From Eukaryota sp. TZLM1-RC (taxonomy: Eukaryota; Protista; Metamonada: BaSk clade), in the NCBI GenBank assembly GCA_040285825.1, contig JAUPSS010000004.1, positions 2,026,550 through 2,090,549 on the forward strand: DNA of 64,000 nucleotides, written 5' to 3'. Under the pieces are notes generated by a model, which saw nothing but the letters and a program-made list of their open reading frames with translations, was not told the DNA's origin and made no database searches. Shown one piece after another: positions 33,119-44,503 of the stretch (the first letter of the stretch is position 1; each line of letters opens with the position of its first letter). Made by a program: the position numbers and the translations under genes.

Positions 33119-35359
33119 TTATTGGAACATGTACAAATAGCCTTGACTAAATACAGGATTTTCAACCACCCCAACCTTCAAGTCATTGAACAAGACCCAC
33201 TTGCCATGCTTTTCAGAGTAACCATGGCAGATATAGTGTCCAGTGCAAGGAGAAGAACCCTTATGTGAAGCTACAGCTGAAAGATTCATTGATTTCCCTT
33301 CCACATCAGCACTTTTGGCCTTCTCTGCAAGATCTTTCATTTCATTTTCACTCTGATTATGCCGTTCCAAGACACGAGCAACGTCCTCACCTGAATGGCT
33401 ACCCAACCAATCGAGAGCAGCACCAATGTCATCAGGATTTGATATAGAAACACCTGCAGCGATGGCTTGATCCTTGGAATACCCCATTGAACCTAGAACA
33501 GAGACAAGTTCATTGAGTTTGGGGTCCACATTGGTTGAAGATTGAGTTTCTTCATTCATAAATGCCCATTCAGCAGCTCTCTCCACATCATTTTGACACT
33601 CAGTCAACGCTTTTCTTGCATGAGGTTCAGAAATACCTAGACTGAGGAGCATAGCTAGCCCTTCCTCATTGACTGGGGTCTCTGCGGCTTCCATTAAAGG
33701 ATTCTCAATAGGTTTTGCTGCGAACTTAGTAAAATCTATTCCCGATGTTTCTAGATTAATTCCCAATTTGATGGCTCTACCTTCTCTAAAAGTGAATCTA
33801 TTAATAGTAACAAACAAGGTGTCGGGGTAGGTTAAAAAGGAGCGTGAGAGGAGCCCAGTTTGTCTGGACTTGCATTGACTACAGCGGAATTGAATCACTT
33901 CTTCCGCCCAGTTCGTCATTAAATCAATCAATTTCACGTTCAAACTGTGTTCTTCTTGACCACTTTCCGGCGCATTTTGAGCTACTTCCTTAGGTAATTG
34001 TAGAGTTAAACTTCCGGAATTATTTTCCACGGTAATGCTGCTACATTGGCAGTTAAAACAAGTTAAATTGTTTCTAATTTTAAAAGACAAAGAACTACCA
34101 AGACTTTGTAAGAATTCAGAAGAAGATGACGTGTACCGATCAATCAAAAAAGATAGATATTCCGAAATATCCTGCTGTTGCATAGAAAGCCAATTAGCAT
34201 TGTCATTAGCGACACATTTTTTAAACAGAAAGGGAGTTGGCGAGTTGATTGGTTCAAATTTATTAGAAGGATTTAAAATTGGAGACTTTTGGAGACCCTC
34301 AAAAATTCGAACTGTTTGGCATTCAAGACAGGAAACAGGATCACCATTACACTTGTCGATGTGATCTAAAGGAAGATTCTGAAAATTTGGTGAAAATTTC
34401 AAACATTGAAGCAATGAATTGATATAACAATTATTACCTCCATTCTCCATTCCAATCAAAAATGATTGATCAATCAAACCGTCTATGGGAGTCAAATCGC
34501 CTTCCAATTCCGAAACATCAAAATTAATATTGATTGATGCATTCATTTCCAATGTTGTTTTTTCTCCAACACTTGGCAACTTTATCCCCAATTTCGAAAT
34601 AATATTTCTCAAATCTGGAATTTCAACTGTGTCCTGACAAATGTAACAGAATCCTTCACCAGAAATCATACCATTGTCTCTAACCCCAACCGTACCGGCC
34701 TTGACTACAACTGGATGATTAGTCCGTTCGAAATGATTAATTCCATGGTTGTGTCCTGTTGAGAAGGCTTGTGATCGACCACAATTGAGTTGGCAACAGG
34801 TGAGACAAAACCACAGATTTGAAGTTAAATCACAGTCTTCTGCCATACACTTACCCTCAAATGAAGGGTTCTCCACTGTACAGACGGAAGGAGAAACAAA
34901 ATGAGGGCAAGGTTTGGGTCTACCTTCTTCGATAATGGCAGCAGTTTCCTTGACTTGAGCAGATGCAGAGTTCTTGATGAAGGAAAGTGACTTGGAAAGG
35001 GGAGAATCCGGTGTGGGATCGAGTTCAGATTTGTCGCAGGAGAAACAGAAAGCAGAGCATGAAACATGTGTTGTGTCATGTGGAAGTGGTACATTGCCAT
35101 GAGATAACATTGCAGCTAGTTCTTCTACTTTTGGTGGTGAAGAAGCTGCTGTGGAGGTTTTTATATTTACAAATACTGAATGGGAAGATTTTTGGTGGTG
35201 GAGACCAGCATGATCGAAACAAAACCCTAAATAACAATGAGAACATACATAGAGGCCTGGATCAAGAGACGACTTGTGGGTACATTGTACACATTCATCT
35301 TTGTAAACAAGAGTATCGGATGTGGGGATCTGAACAGTAGTTGAATGGGGACAATCCAT
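33119..35359 (-). CDS. UBP14: Ubiquitin C-terminal hydrolase UBP14/USP5 (isopeptidase T)
   Basis: VYKDEC N-terminal ZnF; ZnF-UBP (LWFCLTC..CGR...GH.H); GMENGGNNCYINS Cys box; QQD; two UBA domains; HKG....GHY His box. Confidence 0.95.
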   Translation of the reverse strand: MDCPHSTTVQIPTSDTLVYKDECVQCTHKSSLDPGLYVCSHCYLGFCFDHAGLHHQKSSHSVFVNIKTSTAASSPPKVEELAAMLSHGNVPLPHDTTHVSCSAFCFSCDKSELDPTPDSPLSKSLSFIKNSASAQVKETAAIIEEGRPKPCPHFVSPSVCTVENPSFEGKCMAEDCDLTSNLWFCLTCCQLNCGRSQAFSTGHNHGINHFERTNHPVVVKAGTVGVRDNGMISGEGFCYICQDTVEIPDLRNIISKLGIKLPSVGEKTTLEMNASININFDVSELEGDLTPIDGLIDQSFLIGMENGGNNCYINSLLQCLKFSPNFQNLPLDHIDKCNGDPVSCLECQTVRIFEGLQKSPILNPSNKFEPINSPTPFLFKKCVANDNANWLSMQQQDISEYLSFLIDRYTSSSSEFLQSLGSSLSFKIRNNLTCFNCQCSSITVENNSGSLTLQLPKEVAQNAPESGQEEHSLNVKLIDLMTNWAEEVIQFRCSQCKSRQTGLLSRSFLTYPDTLFVTINRFTFREGRAIKLGINLETSGIDFTKFAAKPIENPLMEAAETPVNEEGLAMLLSLGISEPHARKALTECQNDVERAAEWAFMNEETQSSTNVDPKLNELVSVLGSMGYSKDQAIAAGVSISNPDDIGAALDWLGSHSGEDVARVLERHNQSENEMKDLAEKAKSADVEGKSMNLSAVASHKGSSPCTGHYICHGYSEKHGKWVLFNDLKVGVVENPVFSQGYLYMFQ

Positions 35360-35371
35360 GTGCGATAGATT

Positions 35372-35592
35372 ACTGTGAATTTCACTTATCATGCATTCCC
35401 CTGTGAAATTCACTCCTGTTTTCAACTTTCTCAATGTCTACTCACAGGCTGTAAGAGACATGTAGTGTCATTTGACAAAGACAATCATGACCTTCATCAA
35501 TGGGCTACCTCATTTAAATACACCTACTGCTTTCACAGAACAAAGCCTCGCGACTTGATGTATCTAAGTGGATCTACCAAATGCTACTAAGG
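35372..35592 (-). ncRNA. Candidate omegaRNA, family C copy 1
   Basis: Same structured ~200-nt block as 51591-51788. Confidence 0.65.
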
Positions 35593-35704
35593 TATTTTTA
35601 GATCGGTCTCAAAAGTTTTTCAAAAAAATCAAAAAAAACTACAAAATAAAAATAAAATAGAAATTTTTCCAAAGTTTTTGTTTCTGTATGCTCAGGTTCC
35701 CTAT

Positions 35705-37658
35705 TCATCTTCTTAACAGAGCTTCTGGGCAAATGTATCTTTCCGGTCACAATTCCGCTTTCTTCTTAATTTGAATATTTTTTGCAGCGGAAATATCTCT
35801 GTCATATACCATTTGACACTCAGTACAAATACGCATGTGCCATGAGCCTGCTTGAATATTCTCGGCCATGCAACAACTTGACAGTTTGCTTGTATTAAAT
35901 TCACTGGTTGACAAGTGCTTCACGTCCTTTTGATAACACAGCCATTTTCTGAAAGCCCTTGCTGATTCATATCGATTGACTTCTCGGCAATGAGAAGGGA
36001 AATTAGCAGAACTAGCAGCAAGATAGAGTTTTTCAGGATGTCCATCCAGACCTTTGAATTTTTTGAGACTCTCTCTGAACCGTCTCTCTTTTCGTCTGCG
36101 GGTATCAAAGTTAATTATTTTCCATTTCTGGCGATTACTTTCCAAATATACCTTCCTCCTGAACAAATTTCAATGGTTCAAATATTGGTTGAAACTTTGA
36201 ACGGAAATATTGGTTGGGAGAGTGTTTACTGGGTGAAGGTTTTGTCATGTATCTCCTGCCAGTTGGACAAGGGATAACTCCACATTGATAATCATTTAAG
36301 AAGTGACCACACAATCTAGATTGGCACAGATCAACGCCAATAAGGGGCCTTTCAGGTAAAATTTCGACTATATGTTTACGTCTTCGACGGGGCATTTTTT
36401 TAGTGCACTTCAAATGTGTTTCTCTGATTTTGTTGGCATCAGGGTCACTTTTCATTTCATTTTTTGATCTTCTTTTCTTTTTCGGTGGTTCATCCAGCTC
36501 ATCTGTGTTCTCTGAGTCATTTTTTTAACCTTCAAAGGTCAAAAGCAGTTCATTACCATTAGCTTTCAATAAAAAATTTTTAAATCTATTTTTCAAACTT
36601 TTTCTGTTGATATTGAATTTTTCGTAAGGACATTGTTTGAATATTCGTTTCAGACATGTATTTTGGATAAACTTTGTTTTGGAAGATGATCCTTCAATAA
36701 GTGGAAATTTTTCACAAATTGGAAAACATGTGAAGGAACCTCTGGAATTTTAGAACCTCTATAAGAATCTAAATGTATTATTTTAAATTTCTTCCAGCAA
36801 TGCATATGAGAAAAGAAACTGAGTAAAAATTGTGAAATTTTAGATTAAAGAGAAAAAGCTCACCAATTTCCTTTGATGAAAAGGTGATTTTATCATGTGA
36901 AGACAGTAGGGAAGCCGTGGTAGGAAATGTTTAAAGCAGATTCAAGATAAACTTACATGCTTTTAATAAAAAGAATCTTTCTCTTGAATTATTCAGATTG
37001 AAATTGCTGTAGTGTTCAAGAAAAGAATCAACAACTACTTCCTCGGGTTGGGCTAATGGTTCATCAGGCAAAAGAGAGAGAATATAATTGGCACAGACAT
37101 TTGTTTTATCTAGAGCTCAACAATGAGCACGAATAAAGTTTTTTGTCCAGGATTGACAAATTTTAGGTAAAATTGTCTTCACGTTGGACGCCAATTGACG
37201 AGCCCGACAAGCAGAGTAAGGGGAAAGCCCTTTTCTATGGTAAAATTACTATTCTGAGACTGCAGCCAAGCATTGAGAAAAAGATTGAAAGAATTTCTAT
37301 AAGGCACGAAAGAATTTTCGCATGAAGAAACAAGAGATCTGTCTTGTGGGCATTCAGGAAGAAATCCACTGTAAAAGATATGGAGTAATTAACGTTGGCC
37401 TTTAGATGTGGATGGCTTTGGAAATGAACCAGTGGTGATGACGGTCATAAACAGATACCATACATCCTGTTCCACTAAAGCTCTAGATGCCAACGGAAAA
37501 TTTAGAAGAAAAGATTGAAGCAATAAAGAAGCTTTATGACAAATCTCGGTGACCAAAGGAAGGTCAGTCCGAAATTGTTGCACCGCTACAGGGGTCAGCA
37601 GCGAGTTAAGTGCACAAGACCGAGTGAATACACGTGACACAGATTGGGTGTCTGACAT
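35705..37658 (-). pseudogene. Fanzor1 family C, copy 1
   Basis: MSDTQSVSRVFTRSCALNSLL...; RuvC-I LIGVDLCQ; SEFNTSKLSSCC; CTEC..VYDRDISAAKNI; multiple frameshifts. Confidence 0.85.
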
Positions 37659-37969
37659 GTAGTGAGAATAAAGAGCTCATCTATCAAATTTTACACTTGT
37701 CACCTCATTGTCGAATTCTTGTTGCCTGTTCTGGGAGGTTTTTAACCCTCAACTTGGTTTTGGGAAGGTTTTCACTATTCCCACACTTTCCCCTCACTTC
37801 ATAAACTAGGTTCTTATTTTCCTCACTTACCTTCTTTTTTCGAGCTTTAGGACTCCCCTGTAATCTTTCAACCTCATTCTATTACTCCCTCAGTTCATGC
37901 CCCAATACTGGCCCTCCACAAACTGCAACTTATGCTGCTCTACCACCGACGCCTCAACCGGTACAGTCC

Positions 37970-38225
37970 ATGTACACACCTCATGCTCCTCGCTCATCCG
38001 GTAATAATACCAGGAAAACTTTCCTTGAAAGCTCTGATTGGAAGTTAAACAAAACTGTTAGTCATTCATCAAACAAAAACACTTCTGTCCCTAGCGTTTC
38101 ACTTGGTTTGAAGCTTTGTAATGGCATCTCGAAGGAAAATGTTAACATTGAGCTGAACGAACGAGAGCTGGAAGCCCTTTTTCAATACTGTTGAAGATAT
38201 CTCTGTTCATTTAGACAATCTGTAA
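37970..38225 (+). pseudogene. Captured COMM-domain (COMMD10-like) gene fragment inside the Fanzor C element
   Basis: SDWKLNKTVSHSS...PSVSLGLKL...ENVNIELNERELEALF; the copy-2 frame continues NTVEDISVHLDNL*. Confidence 0.7.
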
Positions 38226-38391
38226 TAAAGTAAGTTATTTTGTAAGTAAATAGTTGATTTTTTTTGTTGTTTATTTGAACATTATTGGCACGTTATTTTG
38301 CTAAGAAGCTCCTGAACTGTGTGTTCTAGGTTTTCTGTGTTTTATGTCTACACCATTAAGTAAAAGTTGAAAACTAAGGCCCATAGATATC

Positions 38392-38708
38392 GTTAACAAA
38401 GGATGGCTTTAAGCAGTATAATTAATCGAATGACTGAAAGAACAATTAGTTTATTAACATGAAAAGTACTTCAAGAAATCAATATTCCCCACAAAATTGA
38501 TTACTCATTAAACCTGGGTAATAACAATCAAGCGACTAATTCTGTAGCAGAATGGAAAGCAACTTTATTCCAATTCAATTCCCAAAACTGAAGATTTGAG
38601 AGAGTTATGCTTCGCTGAATATGTTGGCAGTGATGGAAGCATATGCAAATGGTGAGAAAAACCGGAATACCTTCAAAGATCCAAGGTTGATGAAGGTTCA
38701 AAGAAAAC
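38392..38708 (+). mobile_element. Internally deleted derivative of Fanzor family A, nested in family C copy 1
   Basis: Joins sequence similar to ~13695-13875 to sequence similar to ~21295-21392; absent from copies 2 and 3. Confidence 0.75.
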
Positions 38709-39036
38709 AGTTTTTTTGAACAATAGCTGGAAGGACAGTGGCATGAGATAAGAAAGAGTGGTGATTAGACTAGTAGAAAGCAAAAACTAAGGCAGGGGGA
38801 TTATGAGGGGGATTAGAGTCAGGGTGGGTGGTGAAGGGGATTTTTATTCACCCTGATAGACTCAGAACAGTGGAGATTCATCGACAAAAGTTGTTGATAC
38901 GACTCAACCGAAGAAAGAATGCGATAAGTAAGGGGCATTGGTTTTGGGGGAGGTTTAGGAAAAAACGAAAAATGGGAATGTTTGGGGGAAAGATTTGGTC
39001 TACATAAAAAACATAAAAAACATAATCCTCATCCAC

Positions 39037-39641
39037 ATGTATAAACTCTTCTTCGTCTTTGTGACCATCCTATTAGTCGCTTCTGCTGAACAGAAGCGCA
39101 AAGGTCCTAAAATCACTGAAAAAGTATACTTTGATGTAGAACAGGATGGTACTCCTTTAGGAAGAATTGTTTTTGGTATGTATGGGAAGAGTGTGCCAAA
39201 AACTGTCAAAAACTTCGTCGAACTTGCAAAGGGTACTGAATTCGGAGGATACAAGGGCAGTACTTTCCATAGAGTGATCGACAGTTTTATGATTCAAGGA
39301 GGTGATTTCACCAATCATGATGGCACGGGAGGTCGCAGTATCTATGGTCGCGAGTATGGAACATTATTGCTCTAATCTCTAGATTTGAGGACGAAAACTT
39401 CAAGTTCACTCACTCACAACCCGGTCTTCTCTCTATGGCAAATAGAGGAAAGAACACCAATGGAAGTCAGTTTTTCATCACAACTGTTCAAACTCCCTGG
39501 CTCAACGGTAAACATGTAGTTTTTGGTCGTGTTGTTGAAGGAATGGATGTTGTACGTAAAATAGAAAAAACTCCTGTTATGCAAGGAAGTAAACCAGTTA
39601 AGCCTATTACCATTAAAGACTGTGGTGTTTTAGAGCAGTAA
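39037..39641 (+). CDS. PPIB: Cyclophilin B (secretory-pathway peptidyl-prolyl isomerase); intron 39354-39382
   Basis: Signal peptide, [27 protein letters not shown], spliced [33 protein letters not shown]. Confidence 0.95.
39354..39382 (+). other. 29-nt spliceosomal intron in cyclophilin B
   Basis: GTATGG...CTCTAATCTCTAG; removal restores the frame. Confidence 0.9.
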
Positions 39642-40198
39642 ACCGAATAAACATGTCTGTATACATACTTTGCAGTTGAAGTGGACTCAACTCTCAACTC
39701 TCGATATTATCTTATTGTTGGGAAATAGTTTCTTGCAGCTTAAAACAGCAACAGAAAAATATTGGCATTTTATTGTTAAGTAAATAATTAATATTAAGTT
39801 TGACTATATGACGTGCGACAATAATGGATATTTTATTGTAGGAAAATTGCAGAAAACAATAATATGTGTACAGCAAATAATTTATATGCTTTTCTCGCAA
39901 AATAATAATGCAACTTCTATAATTTAACAGACCTAAACCTTTGACTTTGAGTTCATTATAGTTTATTTTGATTCTATCAGACTAGTAATTGATTTCACGC
40001 TGATAGATGATTGGGTACTGATAGGTGCTTTGTACTTGACAAATAAGCCGATCGATCCGCAAATAAAGTTAATATGTTGTCAAGTTGAGTAGTGGTTGTG
40101 TAAGAGCATAATTAATTTGCTCTAGTTGAGATTAATTAAACCGATGAATAACAAGTTCAGTACTTTTCCCATCTAACTTAATGTTTAATTCAGAAGCT

Positions 40199-40328
40199 GT
40201 GTCTGACATGTACTGAGAATTATGAGCTTGTCTTACACTTGTCACCACATTTTCGACATCTTCTTGTACGTTTTTAACTCTCACGTTGTTTTTGGGAGGT
40301 TTTCACTTTTCACTCATTTCATGAACCA
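40199..40328 (-). mobile_element. Diverged fragment of the Fanzor C promoter/start region
   Basis: GTGTCTGACATGTA.TGAGAAT...TTACACTTGTCACC...GGGAGGTTTTCACT matches ~37648-37810. Confidence 0.6.
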
Positions 40329-40899
40329 AATAATTCTGCTCTTAGTTAATCTTAACCACATTTGGTTCTCCTTATGATCATCACTCTTGGACACAGGTTC
40401 TTGAATCCAAAAAACAAGAACTTTCAGCGGGTTCAATTACATTGGTTTGAGACTGTTGGCACTTGAATACCTCTGATTTCTCCCTTCCATCCAGAATGTC
40501 TACAATCAGCATCAGATCATTTAGAGAAGAATTAGTATCTCAATTCCATAAGATTTTGCATTGATTACACTGCCTCAAACCCCATGGAATTACTTGTCGA
40601 ACTTAATAGTTGCCCAATTGAAAGTTCCTTGAACAATTTTGAAAAATTGCACATTTGCGTCATGGCATATATTAAGAATACAAAAGTAATCTTTTTGATT
40701 GAAAAAGGGCGTTTTTTAGTGGATGAACAAAAAAGTCACAATTTTACTTTTAAATCTGGTCACGATATCTCCTGCGTTTTCTTATTCTATATCGGCATCC
40801 AACTGAATCTTTGTCTCCCAAGTTCTTTACATTTTCTGTATAGAAGACATCAGCCCAGGTATTGTTTTTTGCTCATTATGATATTGCAGGACAAATACA

Positions 40900-41010
40900 A
40901 TAATGTCACACATTAGTTGGTTGACTTTGTTCCATCCCCAACCATAGACCGTGCCATTGTTTGATAGTGCTAGTGAGTGAGTGGAACCTGCGGAACAAAC
41001 ATACAAAACT
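40900..41010 (-). pseudogene. RCC1-repeat gene fragment
   Basis: VCSAGSTHSLALSNNGTVYGWGWN. Confidence 0.7.
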
Positions 41011-41147
41011 GAAGCTCTATATTTCCAATTCTGCTTCTCCTGTATTGAAACACAGACATTCGGAAAACTGACTAAATAATGATAACGAATCAGGTGATTG
41101 TTGAAGAAATCAATTAAAGATGTCACAGCAATAATTTTTAGCCAATA

Positions 41148-41298
41148 TGATGGTCTTGGCTGTTGTGAGTTAGAATTCATACAGTAGAAATGTAATGAGA
41201 TTTATTACGAAGAGGAATTGTATTCTCTCTTCTTAAACTAATAGGCGGAATACTGATAAACTATATAATTAAACTATGAATACTATTCAAGACTAACA
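41148..41298 (-). repeat. Gypsy-2 3' LTR
   Basis: TGTTAG...CCATCA; follows PPT GAAAGAGAGGAAAAGGCAG. Confidence 0.93.
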
Positions 41299-44200
41299 CT
41301 GCCTTTTCCTCTCTTTCGAGCGACGAGCCCTGAAAGCTCTAGTCACGGGAGGTGAACTAATGGAATTGGCACGCTTCTTGGGAGGAGCGGATTTTGTACG
41401 GCGACGTGCTTTTGAAGTCTTGATAAAGTCTTTATACGCGGCAGTATTTTGGAATTTCTTGAATTAAAGATGACTCAGACGTCGAGCTTTCAATGATATC
41501 AAGAATTTTACCAGGGTTTGATCTAGGAGACACATCTGAGCCAAAGATCACTTGGTATGGGGTGTGGTTGGTAATTGAGCTCTTGGAAGAGTTGATCAAT
41601 AATTGCACATAAGGCAAGTAATCAGACCACACATCGTAGGCGTTGAAGTCTACGAGCAATTTCCGTAGGTTTTGCAGGATGTCTCTGTGTCGGCGCTCTA
41701 CCAGGCCGTTGGACGGAGAAAACCTAGGTATTGATTTTGACACCTTTATGCCTAAAAATTTGCTTAGTTCGTCAAAGACAGCCTTGGAAAATGCGGGTCC
41801 ATTATCGCTGTGTATTTGAAATGGAATACCAAAGATGCACAAACTTTCCAGATTAATGCATCTCCAGTAAGATTGGCATTTATCTCTTTTAGAGGCACGA
41901 TGATCGTAAACCTAGAGAAGCTGTCAATAAATACGAGGATGTATTTGTAGCCTTCTTGATCTTCTGGAAGAGGATCAATAACGTCGGCGTTGACTCGAGC
42001 AAAAGGTCTGTCAGCCCACAATGAACTGGTTGGGGGAACATGCAGTTTGGGAACTGGCTTAGTTTTCTGACAGGAGGGGCATTCTTGGACGTGCTTATTC
42101 ATGTCGGTGAGCATGTTTGGCCACCAGTAATCGCTGTTCCTGAGCTTGTTGAGGCTTTGAGCTTTGCTTGGATGGCCTCCTTGCAGAAGTCCGTGCAACA
42201 AGTTATGAGTGTCCTTAATGAGTGGTTTGGGAATCACTATCTTGTTGTCATGCGTCATATATAAATCAAGATTATTGTAATGAACACAGTTGTTGAAAGA
42301 GGGGTCTTTGGAGGCTATGGAGAGCTTCTGTTCGGACCTAATCCTACAGAGCCATGGCTCGAAAATAGGCAGGTCGTTGGAACATCGTTCTCTGATGACC
42401 ATGATACGTTCAAAGTTGTTTAAGTCTTCGATGTAGTATCTTTCATCTTTTATCGATGTAAAATATTGGATGAAAATTTGGATACATTTGATGGGACAAA
42501 TGATTGATCTCTTGATGGTCTATAGGCGGAACTATTCGAGACAACATATCAGCCCAGAAGTTATCTTCCCCTTTGGTATGTACCAAATCAACAGAATTCG
42601 GAGAATATGGGTAACCATCTGGTTACTATTCTGTTCTTCTCAGGAGCCGTGAACATGTAGGTAAGGTTTTGATGGTCTGTGAATATAACCAGTTTCCTTC
42701 CTTTCAAGTAGTTTTTAAAACCAATTTGAGTTAACATGAGCAGGATGGCATAGAGTTCTTTTTGGTTTGTCGGCCAGTTCTTTTGCGAGTTGGTTGATAA
42801 CCGGCTGAAGAAGCTGATGGGCCTACATTTCCTGTTGATCAGAAGAGTACCGGGGTCGTCGACTTGTTCGATTTGTTCCCATATGACGCCGCCTACAGCT
42901 ATGTCGGATGCATCGCAACTAATTAAAATTTGGTTTTCCTAAGGAGGTAAGCTGAGCGGCATGTGCTTCGCTATCAGTTGTTTGATCTTTTGGAGGAGTC
43001 CGTCGTGCATGTCAGTCCAGTAGGCGTTGCGCACGGGGTTTGGATTAAACGTTGGAGTTGTTTCCATCCTTCTTAGTCAATCTGATGATAGGAGCGATGA
43101 GCTCAGATACCTGAGGAAGCCATACTCTAATGAAGTTGACCGATCCTACGAGGCTGCGGACGTCTTTGATTGTCTTTGGTCTAGGTAGATTCAACAAAGA
43201 TCCAACGCGAGTGGGATCGATAGTTTCGTAGTTTGTTTTGGAAAACACTGCCCAGTATCTTGATTGGGTGTCTGGAAGACACGAAATGGCACTTTGGAAG
43301 TCCCAAGGAAACTCTTTTGCATCTGGCTTGATCAAGGACGCGTCGAAGGCGTTCAATGAATTCGTCAAAGGTTGAACCTATGATTATGATGTCATCTATA
43401 TAAATGAAGACACCGTCTCCAGAAAAGATGTCAGCCATGACGTTTTGAAAAACGGCTGGGACATTTTTGAGGCCAAAAGCTGTACGTTTGAACATGATGC
43501 TTTTGCCGGGAATGCTGAGGGCCGTTTTCTGCCAATCCTTTTCAGCAATTTTGAGTTGCCAAAAGGCTTTGGGGAGGTCAAGAGTGCCTATGTAGTTCGC
43601 TTAGGAGAGAATTACCAGCACATCGGAGATCCTTGGAAGGTTGGGCTCAACAGGAATGGTGTTGGCGTTCACTCCGTCCTTGCCACTATAATCCCCAGTA
43701 AGGCGGGGTTTACGGTGATTTGGGTAGACCACTATACAGACAGGGGAGCTGAACTGATGGTTCGATGGAACAGCGAATCCTGAGTCTACAAGTTGGTCGA
43801 AAATTTGGTTAGCGACCTCTAGCCTGGCTGGATTCAGGGTCCTGGGGGGTCTTCTAACTCTGAAGTCTTCATTGTAGAAGTTGATTTCCATGGGAGGGCA
43901 AGCCATACCTTCAGCATGAGGCTCGAGGGTAAATACGTCTTCGAACTCTTTCAAAGTTTGAAGTAGGGACTTCCTGAAATGGTCGTTGTCGAGGTTGATG
44001 GTACAACCAGATGAGTTGAAATGTTCCAACCAACGTGTGGAAACGTTGACGACTTCTGAAGCTTGTGATATTCGATGATCGAATTCGGCTTCAGGTAATA
44101 GTAATGTGCGACAGGCGTCGTCCATTCTGATATAAATGCCATTGTTGTTCATCAGCCCAAGGTGACTCAACAAGTCAGCACCAATGAGAATGGTCTCATG

Positions 44201-44485
44201 TCCAGGAACGATGCTGAACTTGTGTTTCACAGGTACAATCCAGGTAACACTACCTAGTCTAATGCTAAGGGTTCCAGAAGCAGTACCAAGGGACTGTGAG
44301 GTAGTTCCATCAGCAATCTTGTAGGATATGGTTTCGTTGGAACGTGCCATGTTACAATTACTGATGACGTCTTCCGTGACTACTGAGCATGTTGCGCCAG
44401 AGTCGATTATGCCTTTAACTTCGACATTGTTGATCGAGAAGCTTAATTGTAGGCAGTTGGTTGTGGACTTTATGGATTGTACCAT
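41293..44485 (-). pseudogene. Gypsy-2 pol (PR-RT-RH-IN), several stops and frameshifts
   Basis: Fragments 43601-44485, 43181-43495, 43045-43368, 41764-42402 and 41432-41842 are colinear with Gypsy-1 pol. Confidence 0.9.
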
Positions 44486-44503
44486 GAATATTGTATCAGA
44501 ATC

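Larger units (their letters stand above)
35372..38836 (-). mobile_element. Fanzor family C element, copy 1 (Fanzor pseudogene, 3' structured RNA, captured COMMD fragment); left end uncertain and may reach ~38990
   Basis: Inverted, closely similar copy of 48681-51804 and 57261-60384. Confidence 0.85.

Noticed and set aside
35375-35590. Conserved 67-71 aa ORF in all three family C copies (also 51593 and 60173)
   Set aside because: Antisense to the structured RNA, non-ATG and variable start; conservation is explained by the RNA and recent copying
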